Virus genome (UHGV): UHGV-1361477
Origin: a virus
DNA: 40,116 nt
Direction: 5' to 3' (one strand)
Shown here: positions 1 through 8,128 of the stretch, piece after piece
Numbering within the stretch: the stretch's first letter is position 1
How the letters are laid out: each line of letters starts with the position of its first letter
The notes under the pieces: model-generated
The model's database searches: none
Told to the model about the DNA's origin: nothing
What the model saw: the letters and a program-made list of their open reading frames with translations, nothing else
Program-made: the position numbers and the translations under genes

Positions 1-105
1 ATTCCAGGTTGCTATCGTGAATGGATATTCACCGCCGAGAGCTTTCTCTTGTAGGGCAGCACGGGAACGCATCACCTGCAAAACCTTCTCTTTTACATCC
101 ATCAT
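1..105 (-). CDS. hypothetical protein, N-terminal part (continues past window start; in frame with ORF at 39961-40116)
   Basis: ATG at 105 overlaps stop of the 102-1316 gene (ATGATGA); open frame runs to position 1 with no stop. Confidence 0.45.
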   Translation of the reverse strand, partial: MMDVKEKVLQVMRSRAALQEKALGGEYPFTIATWN

Positions 106-1316
106 TTCGCCTCCTGTGGCGGTTCTGGTAGCGGCATCCAGTGTGACGGTTTCCACGACGCACCAGGAATTATCCACCCATCATTAGCGTCAGGATGACC
201 CGGGATGTAAGTCGCCCATTTCATTCGCCAGTCACCTTTCCTGTCAAACTCCACGGCAACAAGAACGGCTGTTTTGGTATCCGGCATTCGCTCACTACAG
301 CTTATCCAACCATCCGGAGTTACCGGAGAATTTCCATTTACCAAGTCAGCTCGAACATATAGCGTGTCATCATGGTGCTGATTGTGGCTGCACCACGTTA
401 ATTCGCTTAACTCGCCATCTTCTGGCCATACTCCAGCTGTTTGCAGCCAGATATGGGCTGGCGCATCCTGGCAAGGTGTATTAACTGGAAACTTGTAAGT
501 TTGGCTTACAGGTTGGCTACCCTGAAGCATGGCAGCGTGGCAGGCATACTCAACGCCCTTAACTGCATCTGCGCAGTAGTTATAGCGATTGCATTCCACT
601 AATTTCCGTTTGAGTTTTTCAATTGCCTGCCCGACATCAGCCTGTATTTCCGGAACTGGCGGAACGGCTGTCTGCTGCTCTCGAACGTCATTAGTCGCTA
701 TCGGTTCTGCTGCCAACTGACTGGCATATTTGTTAATGGTAACGATAAGCTCTTGCTCAGCCTCATCCAGACAATCACCGATACCTCGTCTGTCGCCGTC
801 AAAATCATCGAAATCGGCATGAATCTTGGCAACCTTCAGGATTGCGGACAACACCTCACTAGGAATTACCGGATAGTTGGTTGACGTTTCCGCGATTTCC
901 CGAAAATTATTGGTTGACGAATTCTTATTTTCCCGAAAGTTTCCGGACTGAAGCATGGCGGCGCGGCAGGCGTTCCAGCCAGCTGTTCGCCCAAGCGCGT
1001 AAACTTCAGATGGCTCAAGATAATCAATGTCATGCCCGTCCTCATCGTCGTTCTCAGGTAATGCAGCAGGTACTACCGGTACTGGCGGAGCGGCGTAGAC
1101 TTCAATAATCCCATTATCAATAGGCCATTCTCCATCCTTGAGATAGTCACTTGTGCCGTCAACTTGCTGTTCAGCAATGTGGAATGCACCAACTGGCTCT
1201 GCCTCAAGCGAGGCCAGTGCAATCCGTGCCAGTTCCATTTGTTCGCCACGGGTAAGTCCGTTTTCAAGCGGATTTTTAATGAACAATTCAATACGTTCTT
1301 TGGTAATAGTGGTCAT
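102..1316 (-). CDS. early-region protein with C-terminal DUF551-like domain
   Basis: 404 aa ORF; C-terminal WxPxxHWMPLPEPP motif recalled as DUF551; internal protein repeat (CRAAMLQ / CHAAMLQ) matched by DNA repeat near 529-552 and 951-974; stop/start overlap with neighbours. Confidence 0.55.
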   Translation of the reverse strand: MTTITKERIELFIKNPLENGLTRGEQMELARIALASLEAEPVGAFHIAEQQVDGTSDYLKDGEWPIDNGIIEVYAAPPVPVVPAALPENDDEDGHDIDYLEPSEVYALGRTAGWNACRAAMLQSGNFRENKNSSTNNFREIAETSTNYPVIPSEVLSAILKVAKIHADFDDFDGDRRGIGDCLDEAEQELIVTINKYASQLAAEPIATNDVREQQTAVPPVPEIQADVGQAIEKLKRKLVECNRYNYCADAVKGVEYACHAAMLQGSQPVSQTYKFPVNTPCQDAPAHIWLQTAGVWPEDGELSELTWCSHNQHHDDTLYVRADLVNGNSPVTPDGWISCSERMPDTKTAVLVAVEFDRKGDWRMKWATYIPGHPDANDGWIIPGASWKPSHWMPLPEPPQEAK

Positions 1317-1828
1317 GCCGCGTTTCCTTCTTTCTTATTAACAATTACACCGTCATATATTTCATTAAGGTGCCCTCTCAACTCCATACGCCTTAATGCA
1401 GATAACATGTAATCGCATTCAACCTGCTTATTTCCAGTAAATGGCTTATCGTCAGGATTACCCCAACAGCAATTACCCTTGGGCCACCCATGTACTTTCC
1501 GTACTCTTCCGTTAACAACGTGAAGTAATCCCCAGCCAGGTGGTAAATCCTCAACTGAAATAATTCCCGGCTCACTAATAAAGAATCGCCAGTCGCCCAT
1601 TCCAAGAGATGGATTTTTACGAAAACGCTTTTTTCTATCTGCCAACAAGTCAGCACGAGAACACTTCGCCTCTATCAGGCATGATGCTGAATTTCTGAAT
1701 CCCATAGCATCTGGCTGTTCTCCGGTACTGGTTACAGCTATAAAGCGGTCATGAAAACAAACCTTGAACCCATTGCGCTTAAGGAACTTATACGCAATCT
1801 GACAGAGTTCGCGGTGTGTTAACGCCAT
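1313..1828 (-). CDS. PD-(D/E)XK nuclease-like protein (MmcB-like)
   Basis: 172 aa from ATG at 1828 with AAGGAGAG SD; D..E.K spacing in DAMGFRNSASCLIEAKCSRADL resembles PD-(D/E)XK; family assignment from memory only. Confidence 0.4.
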   Translation of the reverse strand: MALTHRELCQIAYKFLKRNGFKVCFHDRFIAVTSTGEQPDAMGFRNSASCLIEAKCSRADLLADRKKRFRKNPSLGMGDWRFFISEPGIISVEDLPPGWGLLHVVNGRVRKVHGWPKGNCCWGNPDDKPFTGNKQVECDYMLSALRRMELRGHLNEIYDGVIVNKKEGNAA

Positions 1829-1829
1829 A

Positions 1830-2025
1830 TCACTCTCCTTTAGTGCGCAAGTGGTTTTTCCAGCGGTTTTGCGCCGCGCTGGGCTTTTTGCAAAAACCAC
1901 AATCCATCATCCCGTAATATTTCATCAACCCCATCCGTCGGTTGCTGAGTCTCACCCACTGCCAGACGCCAGGAGCGTTTCTACGAACTAACAGAATCTT
2001 TGCTTTACGGTTGTTGGTTGCCATA
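1830..2025 (-). CDS. hypothetical small basic protein (65 aa)
   Basis: ATG at 2025 preceded by same AAGGAGAGTGAT SD-junction as the downstream gene; fits exactly between neighbours. Confidence 0.4.
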
Positions 2026-2754
2026 TCACTCTCCTTTGATGCGAATGCCAGCTGCGCTTGCTGATTCTTCATATGCGCGTTTAGCAGCGTTAAGGATTGC
2101 TGCCAGTGGCGTATAGCCGCCATCCATTCGGATTGTGTTGTGGATGCCAGCCATTGTGTCGCGCAATTTGCTGTGGCTAGCAGACAGTTCTGCAATGCGC
2201 TTCTCTGCGGCTTCCAGCTTCTCGCGCATATCGTCAACGTACTCGACCAGAGATCCGCCAGCAGGAATTTCGCATTCCTCGACCAGTTGGAAGTAGATAT
2301 CAGCTGCGGCCCGTGTGTTGCTATGCCTAGCGTCGCCCATCTCACCTTCACGAAGAGCATCGCGTTCGGCGGTAAGATTGGCTATTTTGCTGTCTTTGCC
2401 TTCCAGCTCAACGCGCAGCCTCCCTACCGTTAGCGCAATATCCTCGTTCTCCTGGTCGCGGCGTTTGATGTATTGCTGGTTTCTTTCCCGTTCATCCAGA
2501 AGCGCCAGCACAGTAGCCGGATTGGCTGCGGCGATGAATTCAGCATTGGCCTGCTGTTCTATTTGGAAATCTTCATCGAAACCGCTTTCTGGATGCGCTC
2601 CTTCAATTCTGCAAATGGGAATATATCCAGCAACTTCACGATGAATTAGCGCATCATCACCATCAAATCGGCCCTCTCCATATTCGAGCGACCACTCGCC
2701 ACACGTTGCTTTTTCTGCCTTAGCACGCAGTGCCTGATAGTCAATCTTGCTCAC
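2026..2754 (-). CDS. Ead/Ea22-like early protein
   Basis: GTG start at 2754 with GGGAGA SD; N-terminus VSKIDYQALRAKAEKATCGEW typical of Ea22-type proteins; coiled-coil middle. Confidence 0.55.
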   Translation of the reverse strand: MSKIDYQALRAKAEKATCGEWSLEYGEGRFDGDDALIHREVAGYIPICRIEGAHPESGFDEDFQIEQQANAEFIAAANPATVLALLDERERNQQYIKRRDQENEDIALTVGRLRVELEGKDSKIANLTAERDALREGEMGDARHSNTRAAADIYFQLVEECEIPAGGSLVEYVDDMREKLEAAEKRIAELSASHSKLRDTMAGIHNTIRMDGGYTPLAAILNAAKRAYEESASAAGIRIKGE

Positions 2755-3046
2755 TGGTTGTCTCCCTTGCTGGGCTTTCGAATATATCAAACTCAAACAA
2801 CTTAACCACGTCATCAAACAGGACATAATCGCCATCAGGATCTTCAGTCATGTCAGCGCCACAATCCTGACCGAACGAGTCACAACCATCCATATCAAGC
2901 TCGTATCGCTTCAGGTTTGCGATATTTGATAAATTCAGCGCCAGTACAGCCAGGTCATAAACCTCTTCGGCGGTATACCCTGCGCCATGCCCATACATTT
3001 CAATGCGGGATATGATTTCTTCTACCCGTTGTTTTGTGATCGTCAT
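2741..3046 (-). CDS. hypothetical acidic protein (101 aa)
   Basis: ORF with GGAGG SD; ATGA overlap with upstream gene. Confidence 0.5.
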   Translation of the reverse strand: MTITKQRVEEIISRIEMYGHGAGYTAEEVYDLAVLALNLSNIANLKRYELDMDGCDSFGQDCGADMTEDPDGDYVLFDDVVKLFEFDIFESPARETTSEQD

Positions 3047-3549
3047 TTTTGCTCACCTCCCTGTTCTTCCAGAAAAATACGCATAGCCTCAAGCATCTCT
3101 TCGGTGTCATACGGAGACAGCTTGTCACGCAGGATGTGTTCAATGCTGTTAATGAACTTTCGGATTGCTTTGCGTTCAATTTCAGTCAGGAAAGCATCGG
3201 TGGCTGACATATTTCCTGTTGCCTTCATGGCCTTCAAAATAACCAGAACGCCATCTTGCCCAACCAACTCGGAGATAATCTCAGTGTTGTCGCCAACAAC
3301 ATCACAGAATGCCTGAACAGCTTTACGAGCAAGTGCATTCTCCGCCGCCAGCGCCGCGCACTTGGCCTCAAGGTTATCAATCGTGATTCCAGCAGAACGA
3401 CACTCCCGCAACGCCGTTTCCAGTTTTGATTCAAGTTCACCGAACTTACGGACAAGATATTCAGCGTTTGTTTCGTTAACCTTTAAATCACTTGGGATGC
3501 ATTTACCTTTCAGAAAACCATCCATCTCAATTAGTGACATTTGTTTCAT
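3043..3549 (-). CDS. hypothetical protein (168 aa)
   Basis: ORF; ATGA start/stop coupling at both ends. Confidence 0.55.
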   Translation of the reverse strand: MKQMSLIEMDGFLKGKCIPSDLKVNETNAEYLVRKFGELESKLETALRECRSAGITIDNLEAKCAALAAENALARKAVQAFCDVVGDNTEIISELVGQDGVLVILKAMKATGNMSATDAFLTEIERKAIRKFINSIEHILRDKLSPYDTEEMLEAMRIFLEEQGGEQK

Positions 3550-3710
3550 TTCTTCCCACTCCGCAACATCGCATTCAGATATTTGTTTTGATTCACTGAT
3601 GGAAAAGAATTTCTCTTAAGCAATTCCTCTCTCGATGGCATTGGCTTTACGCGTTGGCGAATAATCATTTCTGCCGGAAGAATGCCGGGATTGTATGCAA
3701 GTCCTCTCAT
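3546..3710 (-). CDS. hypothetical small protein (54 aa)
   Basis: Below ORF-track cutoff; found by hand; ATGA coupling to both neighbours, fills gap exactly. Confidence 0.4.
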   Translation of the reverse strand: MRGLAYNPGILPAEMIIRQRVKPMPSREELLKRNSFPSVNQNKYLNAMLRSGKK

Positions 3711-3988
3711 GATTTACTCTCCGCGAACTGGTCAACAGCCGTGCTAAGTGATACACCTAAAGTCTCGATATGCTGCTGAATATCCTGTAGTGTCTGCGCC
3801 TGAGATAACAGGATTTCACGGTTGCATAACTCTTTAACCAGATGCTCAAACTTGCTGTAATAGCCGATACGACTTAGTGTTTCTTTGCCTGCATTCTCGC
3901 CTTCTTTGATAATTCCTCTTTCGCTAAGAATCAGATCGTGTTTGGTTCCGGTAATAACGTATTTTCCGAGGTCGATGTTTAGCTTCAT
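3707..3988 (-). CDS. hypothetical protein (93 aa)
   Basis: ORF in operon context. Confidence 0.5.
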   Translation of the reverse strand: MKLNIDLGKYVITGTKHDLILSERGIIKEGENAGKETLSRIGYYSKFEHLVKELCNREILLSQAQTLQDIQQHIETLGVSLSTAVDQFAESKS

Positions 3989-4004
3989 TGTTAATTACTC
4001 CATG

Positions 4005-4319
4005 TTAATTTATTCGTATGCCTGCTCTTTCTTCATCGAGTTTTTTTAGCTTGTATCGCATAGCTCTTACTGAATAAATTGAGCGGCAGGTTGCAATTGC
4101 TATTTCTTCTGCTGAGAACTTACCGAAAAGTGATACTTCGGCTCTTGTCCATCGTCTTCCACGAAGTCGGCTAACAATGTCAGCGCCAATCCTTGTTGCT
4201 TTCGCCATTACTGCTTTTTCAGTCCTTTCCAGTTTTTCTGCGATAACTTCAACTGGCATTGTCGCCGCCACCTCGCGCAAGAAATCGACTTCCCATTTCT
4301 CCCATGGAGTCTTTTTCAT
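4005..4319 (-). CDS. hypothetical protein, possible DNA-binding (two W-x-x-E-V repeats)
   Basis: 104 aa ORF; internal duplication WEKWEVDFLREV / WTRAEVSLFGKF. Confidence 0.5.
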   Translation of the reverse strand: MKKTPWEKWEVDFLREVAATMPVEVIAEKLERTEKAVMAKATRIGADIVSRLRGRRWTRAEVSLFGKFSAEEIAIATCRSIYSVRAMRYKLKKLDEERAGIRIN

Positions 4320-4330
4320 AGTCGATACCG

Positions 4331-4813
4331 TTATTTGATAAGAAGTGAAGGTTTCCCAACCTTGAGTTGAGCGCCTGGGATATTTATTCCTGCTTTTAGT
4401 TGGTGCTTGATTGCCAACTTGTCGGCTTTAATTGTCGTTTCAAACTCAACGTATTCATGAGGAAGGGCGCTTGAGTCGATGATTTCTACAGTTTCTGACG
4501 GTTTTCTGATTGTTACCTGGTGAATACCTGCTCGAATCTTTTTCTTGCCAACCATTTCAAGCGATGACGCTATATATGATTTGATGCTGTCAATCTTATT
4601 TTGAATTACTGTGGCTCGCTCATTCAGTGACTTTGCCTCTTCCTTGAGGCGTTCGGCATAACCAGATTCATTTTTAATGACGGAAAGAAGTTGCTCTATT
4701 TTATCGGTAAATTCTCCTTCCATGCCTTCTATTGTGTCAGCAATCATCTCTGGTTCTAAATCTGAATCCATCAATTTTGCGTATTCATTGGCAATTTCAT
4801 ACAGTTTGCTCAC
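4331..4813 (-). CDS. Gp157-family protein
   Basis: GTG start at 4813 after GGAGG; N-terminus SKLYEIANEYAKLMD resembles siphovirus Gp157 family, commonly next to recT. Confidence 0.55.
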   Translation of the reverse strand: MSKLYEIANEYAKLMDSDLEPEMIADTIEGMEGEFTDKIEQLLSVIKNESGYAERLKEEAKSLNERATVIQNKIDSIKSYIASSLEMVGKKKIRAGIHQVTIRKPSETVEIIDSSALPHEYVEFETTIKADKLAIKHQLKAGINIPGAQLKVGKPSLLIK

Positions 4814-5699
4814 TGGCAACCTCCAGTTTCGCTTTGCATTCTATGTAAATGGCTTGTACGTTCTGCTGCAATTTCATTCCAGATGTCAGGCGATATGCTT
4901 CTGCAAAATATCGCTTCAAATCATCCATGTTTTCTGCCTGAGCCATTTCATCGCAAAGAAGTTGTGCTTTATCCATTATTTCCTGCTGGCGTTTCCGTTC
5001 ATCTTCGCGGATATCTTCCTCTGATTTGTGCGGCATAACTGGTTCCTGATGCATACCTTCATCTTCGTTAAGCAGGTGAATGGCATTATCCAGTCGCTGG
5101 GCTTTAGGCCAGTATTTGCTGGCGCGTTTAACTATTGTTTTACGCGCCATCTCTTCCCAGAATGTTTTCCACGGTCCATTCTTTGCCTTGCTCGTTGCTT
5201 CCACAGCTTTAATTTCTGCCAGACTCATTTCTTCAGTCAGGTAGTCACCATCTGCTGTTTTAACCGTGCAATAACCTCCAACAATAGAGCCTCGCTCACC
5301 AAATGCGTTGTATTTGTGGGTTGGTGCTGAATCAAGGCCATTTGATTCATAGGTGTCGTTTGAGTACACCAGTTTGCATTGCCCCCACTTAATTGATCCT
5401 GTCGATTGCGCAAGATGAAGTAATCCCATGTAACTGATATCAAGGCACACCATGCCGTCGCGAGGAACCAGATAAGCCAGTTTGCTGGCCGGGTTTAAGG
5501 TGATGCCGATCGCCGCAACATTGATGATGGCGTTCTGTGCGCTGGTTGGATTTGCCAGTGCTGTTTTAGCCAGGTAATCGTTTTTCTGGAAATACTGAAT
5601 TGCAAACTGGCTTTCCTTAGCCCATGTCACCGTCTGTTCAGTCAATGCTCCGCAGAATAACTGCTCTTGCTGTTTAACGAATTCAACGATATTGCTCAT
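4797..5699 (-). CDS. recT: RecT-family single-strand annealing recombinase
   Basis: 300 aa; motif GPWKTFWEEMARKTIVKRASKYWP matches E. coli RecT GPWVTHWEEMAKKTAIRRLFKYLP. Confidence 0.85.
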   Translation of the reverse strand: MSNIVEFVKQQEQLFCGALTEQTVTWAKESQFAIQYFQKNDYLAKTALANPTSAQNAIINVAAIGITLNPASKLAYLVPRDGMVCLDISYMGLLHLAQSTGSIKWGQCKLVYSNDTYESNGLDSAPTHKYNAFGERGSIVGGYCTVKTADGDYLTEEMSLAEIKAVEATSKAKNGPWKTFWEEMARKTIVKRASKYWPKAQRLDNAIHLLNEDEGMHQEPVMPHKSEEDIREDERKRQQEIMDKAQLLCDEMAQAENMDDLKRYFAEAYRLTSGMKLQQNVQAIYIECKAKLEVASEQTV

Positions 5700-6007
5700 G
5701 CAGCTTCTCCATAAATATGTCTGCGTTTGAATATTGCGAAGGCATATTCAGCCTTAACTCTTTCGGTTATTGCATCCCAGAACCATTCATCGGCTTTTTC
5801 CTGATAGTTACAGTCATCATCTTCCAGCCAGTCGATAGCGTCCTTAGTGTGTTCATCTGGTTTATATGAGCGAAGCATTTCGCTTATTGGGTCGCAACGT
5901 TTGCAGAGGCGATCAACTTCACTGTTGATTCGTTCGTAATCTTCATCAGTAAAACTTGCGATTATTTGCGATATTTCACGCTTATCATTCAGAGTCAGAA
6001 TCATCAT
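5696..6007 (-). CDS. hypothetical acidic protein (103 aa)
   Basis: ORF immediately upstream of recT in the operon, overlapping stop/start. Confidence 0.5.
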   Translation of the reverse strand: MMILTLNDKREISQIIASFTDEDYERINSEVDRLCKRCDPISEMLRSYKPDEHTKDAIDWLEDDDCNYQEKADEWFWDAITERVKAEYAFAIFKRRHIYGEAA

Positions 6008-6088
6008 CTTTCTCCTGTTCTTTGTGCTGATTGAGCATTTTGTTCATCTGACGAATGAATTCTTCGTCTGACCATGTATCCGCAATGC

Positions 6089-6253
6089 TCATTGCTTAAC
6101 GACCTTAATCAGTTGAGTTACCTCAATGATGTCCTCGCATAAATCAGAGTACTGAAATGGGCCGCAGTTGTGAGAGTTAGTGCGTCGGGCGAAAGCCATT
6201 CTTCTAAGTTCTTTCAGGGCTTCTTCCAGTTCTTCGTAAGTTGGTTTTTTCAT
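6089..6253 (-). CDS. hypothetical small protein (54 aa), Kil-position
   Basis: Hand-found ORF; ATGA coupling to cIII-like stop (6250-6253) and to a further 35-aa ORF at 5985-6092. Confidence 0.35.
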   Translation of the reverse strand: MKKPTYEELEEALKELRRMAFARRTNSHNCGPFQYSDLCEDIIEVTQLIKVVKQ

Positions 6254-6420
6254 GGCTGTACCTTTTGATTCAGAAACTCAACAAGACGATCCAGCAAGCT
6301 CTTAACGCGAGGTTGTTTAAAGTCTGCTCCGGTTAAAATATTTTTTCGTGAATGCTGCACCGATAAAATCGGGTTGAAAGGGCGAACCGATGCCGCCCCT
6401 GCAATAGCGAACTGTTGCAT
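6250..6420 (-). CDS. cIII: CIII-like protease inhibitor peptide
   Basis: 56 aa from ATG 6420 with GGAG SD; MQQFAIAG N-terminus and SLLDRLVEFLNQ helix resemble lambda CIII (MQYAIAGW...). Confidence 0.6.
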   Translation of the reverse strand: MQQFAIAGAASVRPFNPILSVQHSRKNILTGADFKQPRVKSLLDRLVEFLNQKVQP

Positions 6421-6480
6421 AGGATGCTCCTTCTGTTTGATTGCATAACGAAAACGCCTCGAATGAAGCGTTATTGGTAT

Positions 6481-6510
6481 GCATATAAAAAGGCCCTCAC
6501 ACTGGAGGGC
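6481..6510 (-). terminator. intrinsic terminator (tL-type) on minus strand
   Basis: GCCCTC-cagtgt-GAGGGC hairpin followed by CTTTTTATAT on minus strand. Confidence 0.6.
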
Positions 6511-6616
6511 AAAGAAGATTTCCAATAATCAGAACAAGTCGGCTCCTGTTTAGTTACGAGCGACATTGCTCCGTGTATTCACTCGTTGGAATGAATACAC
6601 AGTGCTTATTCGCAGC

Positions 6617-6943
6617 CTACATAATCATTCCGGTTATTATTACCATTTCAATATCGCTATCTTTCATAATGATTGGAGTTGAGTTATCAACTTTACTTTT
6701 ACTCCATTTTCCTGCATCAGTTTTTACCGCTCCACAATAAGAAAGCCAATCATCATCACAATGTTCTGGATCACTAATTCTGACAAGAACACGTGATAGT
6801 GCTTTTTCGATACTTTCATCACAATTAGCATTTGTGTAATTGCCGTGAGACAATTTCAAATCGTTAACTTCATCTTCATTGGCATCAAAAATATAGATTT
6901 CAGTCGACTCTGGAACATTTTCATAAACCATTAAAACTTTCAT
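6617..6943 (-). CDS. hypothetical acidic protein (108 aa), AT-rich moron-like
   Basis: ORF with GGGG SD; visibly AT-rich codon usage; bracketed by terminators. Confidence 0.6.
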   Translation of the reverse strand: MKVLMVYENVPESTEIYIFDANEDEVNDLKLSHGNYTNANCDESIEKALSRVLVRISDPEHCDDDWLSYCGAVKTDAGKWSKSKVDNSTPIIMKDSDIEMVIITGMIM

Positions 6944-6961
6944 TTTTACCCCATGTTGTTT

Positions 6962-6993
6962 ATGCCAAAAATAAATGCCACCGTCAGGCAGCC
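6962..6993 (-). terminator. candidate intrinsic terminator on minus strand
   Basis: GCUGCC-UGAC-GGUGGC stem (two G.U pairs) followed by AUUUAUUUUUGG; overlaps stop of a 14-codon ORF. Confidence 0.4.
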
Positions 6994-7140
6994 TTGTTGT
7001 AAAGTCGGCGTTTGACTTTCTTGAGCATGGCTCACCTCAATCGTAATAAGCTGGAATTGATTTTCCGCGTTGCTTCTGGCGACCAACACAAGTCACACCC
7101 ATTTCACTGCGTGGCTTGCGGTAGTAAATTAGGTTTGTTC

Positions 7141-7167
7141 AGACAATAAAAAACCCACCGAAGTGGG
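7141..7167 (-). terminator. intrinsic terminator (tL1-like) on minus strand
   Basis: CCCACTTCGGTGGG hairpin directly after TAG stop at 7168-7170, then TTTTTTATT. Confidence 0.7.
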
Positions 7168-7506
7168 CTATGACCATTTTTTATTTGGATTTCGTTGGTG
7201 AGCGTGATTAACAACTCTGTGCATTACATCCTCATATTTTTCATCTTCAATTTTTTCGACATCGCGAGGAAATGGTGTTGCTAATGCTTTGTCAACTTTG
7301 TCCATTGGGTCTTCATTAATCTTATATTCAGGACCATCATCTATAGCATTAAATCCAGGTGTTATACCGTTTTTTAATGCATATGCTATCCTTTTTTCCC
7401 ATCTCGCTATTCTCCTCCTGTCTCGAGATGTAAGACCTCTATCAGATACTTTTCTGTTTTGTCCGCTGTCAGGATTAACATAAATAGTCTTTTTCACCAT
7501 AAGCAT
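7168..7506 (-). CDS. hypothetical basic protein downstream of N
   Basis: ORF; first ATG at 7506, 3 nt after N stop; ORF-track start at 7512 is TTG. Confidence 0.55.
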   Translation of the reverse strand: MLMVKKTIYVNPDSGQNRKVSDRGLTSRDRRRIARWEKRIAYALKNGITPGFNAIDDGPEYKINEDPMDKVDKALATPFPRDVEKIEDEKYEDVMHRVVNHAHQRNPNKKWS

Positions 7507-7508
7507 AC

Positions 7509-7814
7509 TCAATAAGCACCGTACGGTAGTTTACCGTACAATTTTATTTTTTGGACTGCATGTATTTTGTTTCCTAATGGGTTTGAATCTTTGTAATAAA
7601 TACTTCTATTTTTTCGAACGACTTCTTCTTTCTTCTTGCAGCAAAGGATTCCTAGTGATGCTGCTTTGTCTGCTTTGACGCAACCAGAGAGCTTTAGCGC
7701 AATTTTTCGCGCCAGTGCTTCATTACTGCGTCGCTCGGCAATAAGTTCTGCTCTGCGAGCTTTGTAGCGGCTTTTTGCCGTACCTTTGGATTCTTTCCAG
7801 ACAATGGTTACCAT
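7509..7814 (-). CDS. N: antitermination protein N (phage 21 / P22 gp24-like arginine-rich motif)
   Basis: ATG 7814 after AAAGGAG; N-terminal GTAKSRYKARRAELIAERR resembles P22 gp24 GNAKTRRHERRRKLAIER; first gene after pL and nutL. Confidence 0.75.
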   Translation of the reverse strand: MVTIVWKESKGTAKSRYKARRAELIAERRSNEALARKIALKLSGCVKADKAASLGILCCKKKEEVVRKNRSIYYKDSNPLGNKIHAVQKIKLYGKLPYGAY

Positions 7815-7924
7815 GATGGTCTCCTTTAAGTGGCTTTGGCGCATGACGCGTCGAGGTGCTTATCTTCTCGATCGCTGTCTTGCAGCTGCAATTCGCGCCA
7901 TCCCCAAAACCACTCAAGTTCTGG

Positions 7925-7965
7925 TCTCAACGGTTAGGTTGAGAGTCCGTCGATGTTAAAGAGCC
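7925..7965 (-). promoter_or_regulatory. nutL (boxA GCTCTTTAAC + boxB hairpin)
   Basis: On minus strand GCTCTTTAACATCGACGGAC then TCTCAAC-CTAACC-GTTGAGA; same boxA and loop as nutR at 9053-9092. Confidence 0.6.
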
Positions 7966-8010
7966 TGCCAATCTGTTCCGTTTGGCTTCCAGCGTCCTGC
8001 TGATGGCTTA

Positions 8011-8039
8011 AATTTAAGACTTCTTAATTTATTGGTCAA
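8011..8039 (-). promoter_or_regulatory. pL promoter with OL operator
   Basis: Minus strand -35 TTGACC (8039-8034), 17-nt spacer, -10 TAAATT (8016-8011); palindromic AATTTAAGACTTCTTAATT operator overlaps. Confidence 0.55.
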
Positions 8040-8100
8040 GTGCATTTTTGAAGAAAACTTAATTTTATGGGCGTGAATTTAGTTTGTCTTTGATTTTTAA

Positions 8101-8128
8101 CGGGAAATAAAAAAGGGGCGAAAGCCCC
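8101..8128 (-). terminator. intrinsic terminator after c2
   Basis: GGGGC-TTTC-GCCCC hairpin immediately after TAA, followed by TTTTTTATTT on minus strand. Confidence 0.75.

Noticed and set aside
5985-6092. 35-codon ORF overlapping the start of gene 5696-6007
   Set aside because: ATGA-coupled to the upstream ORF but overlaps the next gene by 23 nt and is very short; too uncertain to list as a feature.
6984-7028. 14-codon ORF as a leader peptide for attenuation control of the 6617-6943 gene
   Set aside because: Arrangement (SD, short ORF, hairpin at its stop) is real in the sequence, but N-mediated read-through of an ordinary tL terminator explains it more simply; kept only as part of the moron finding.
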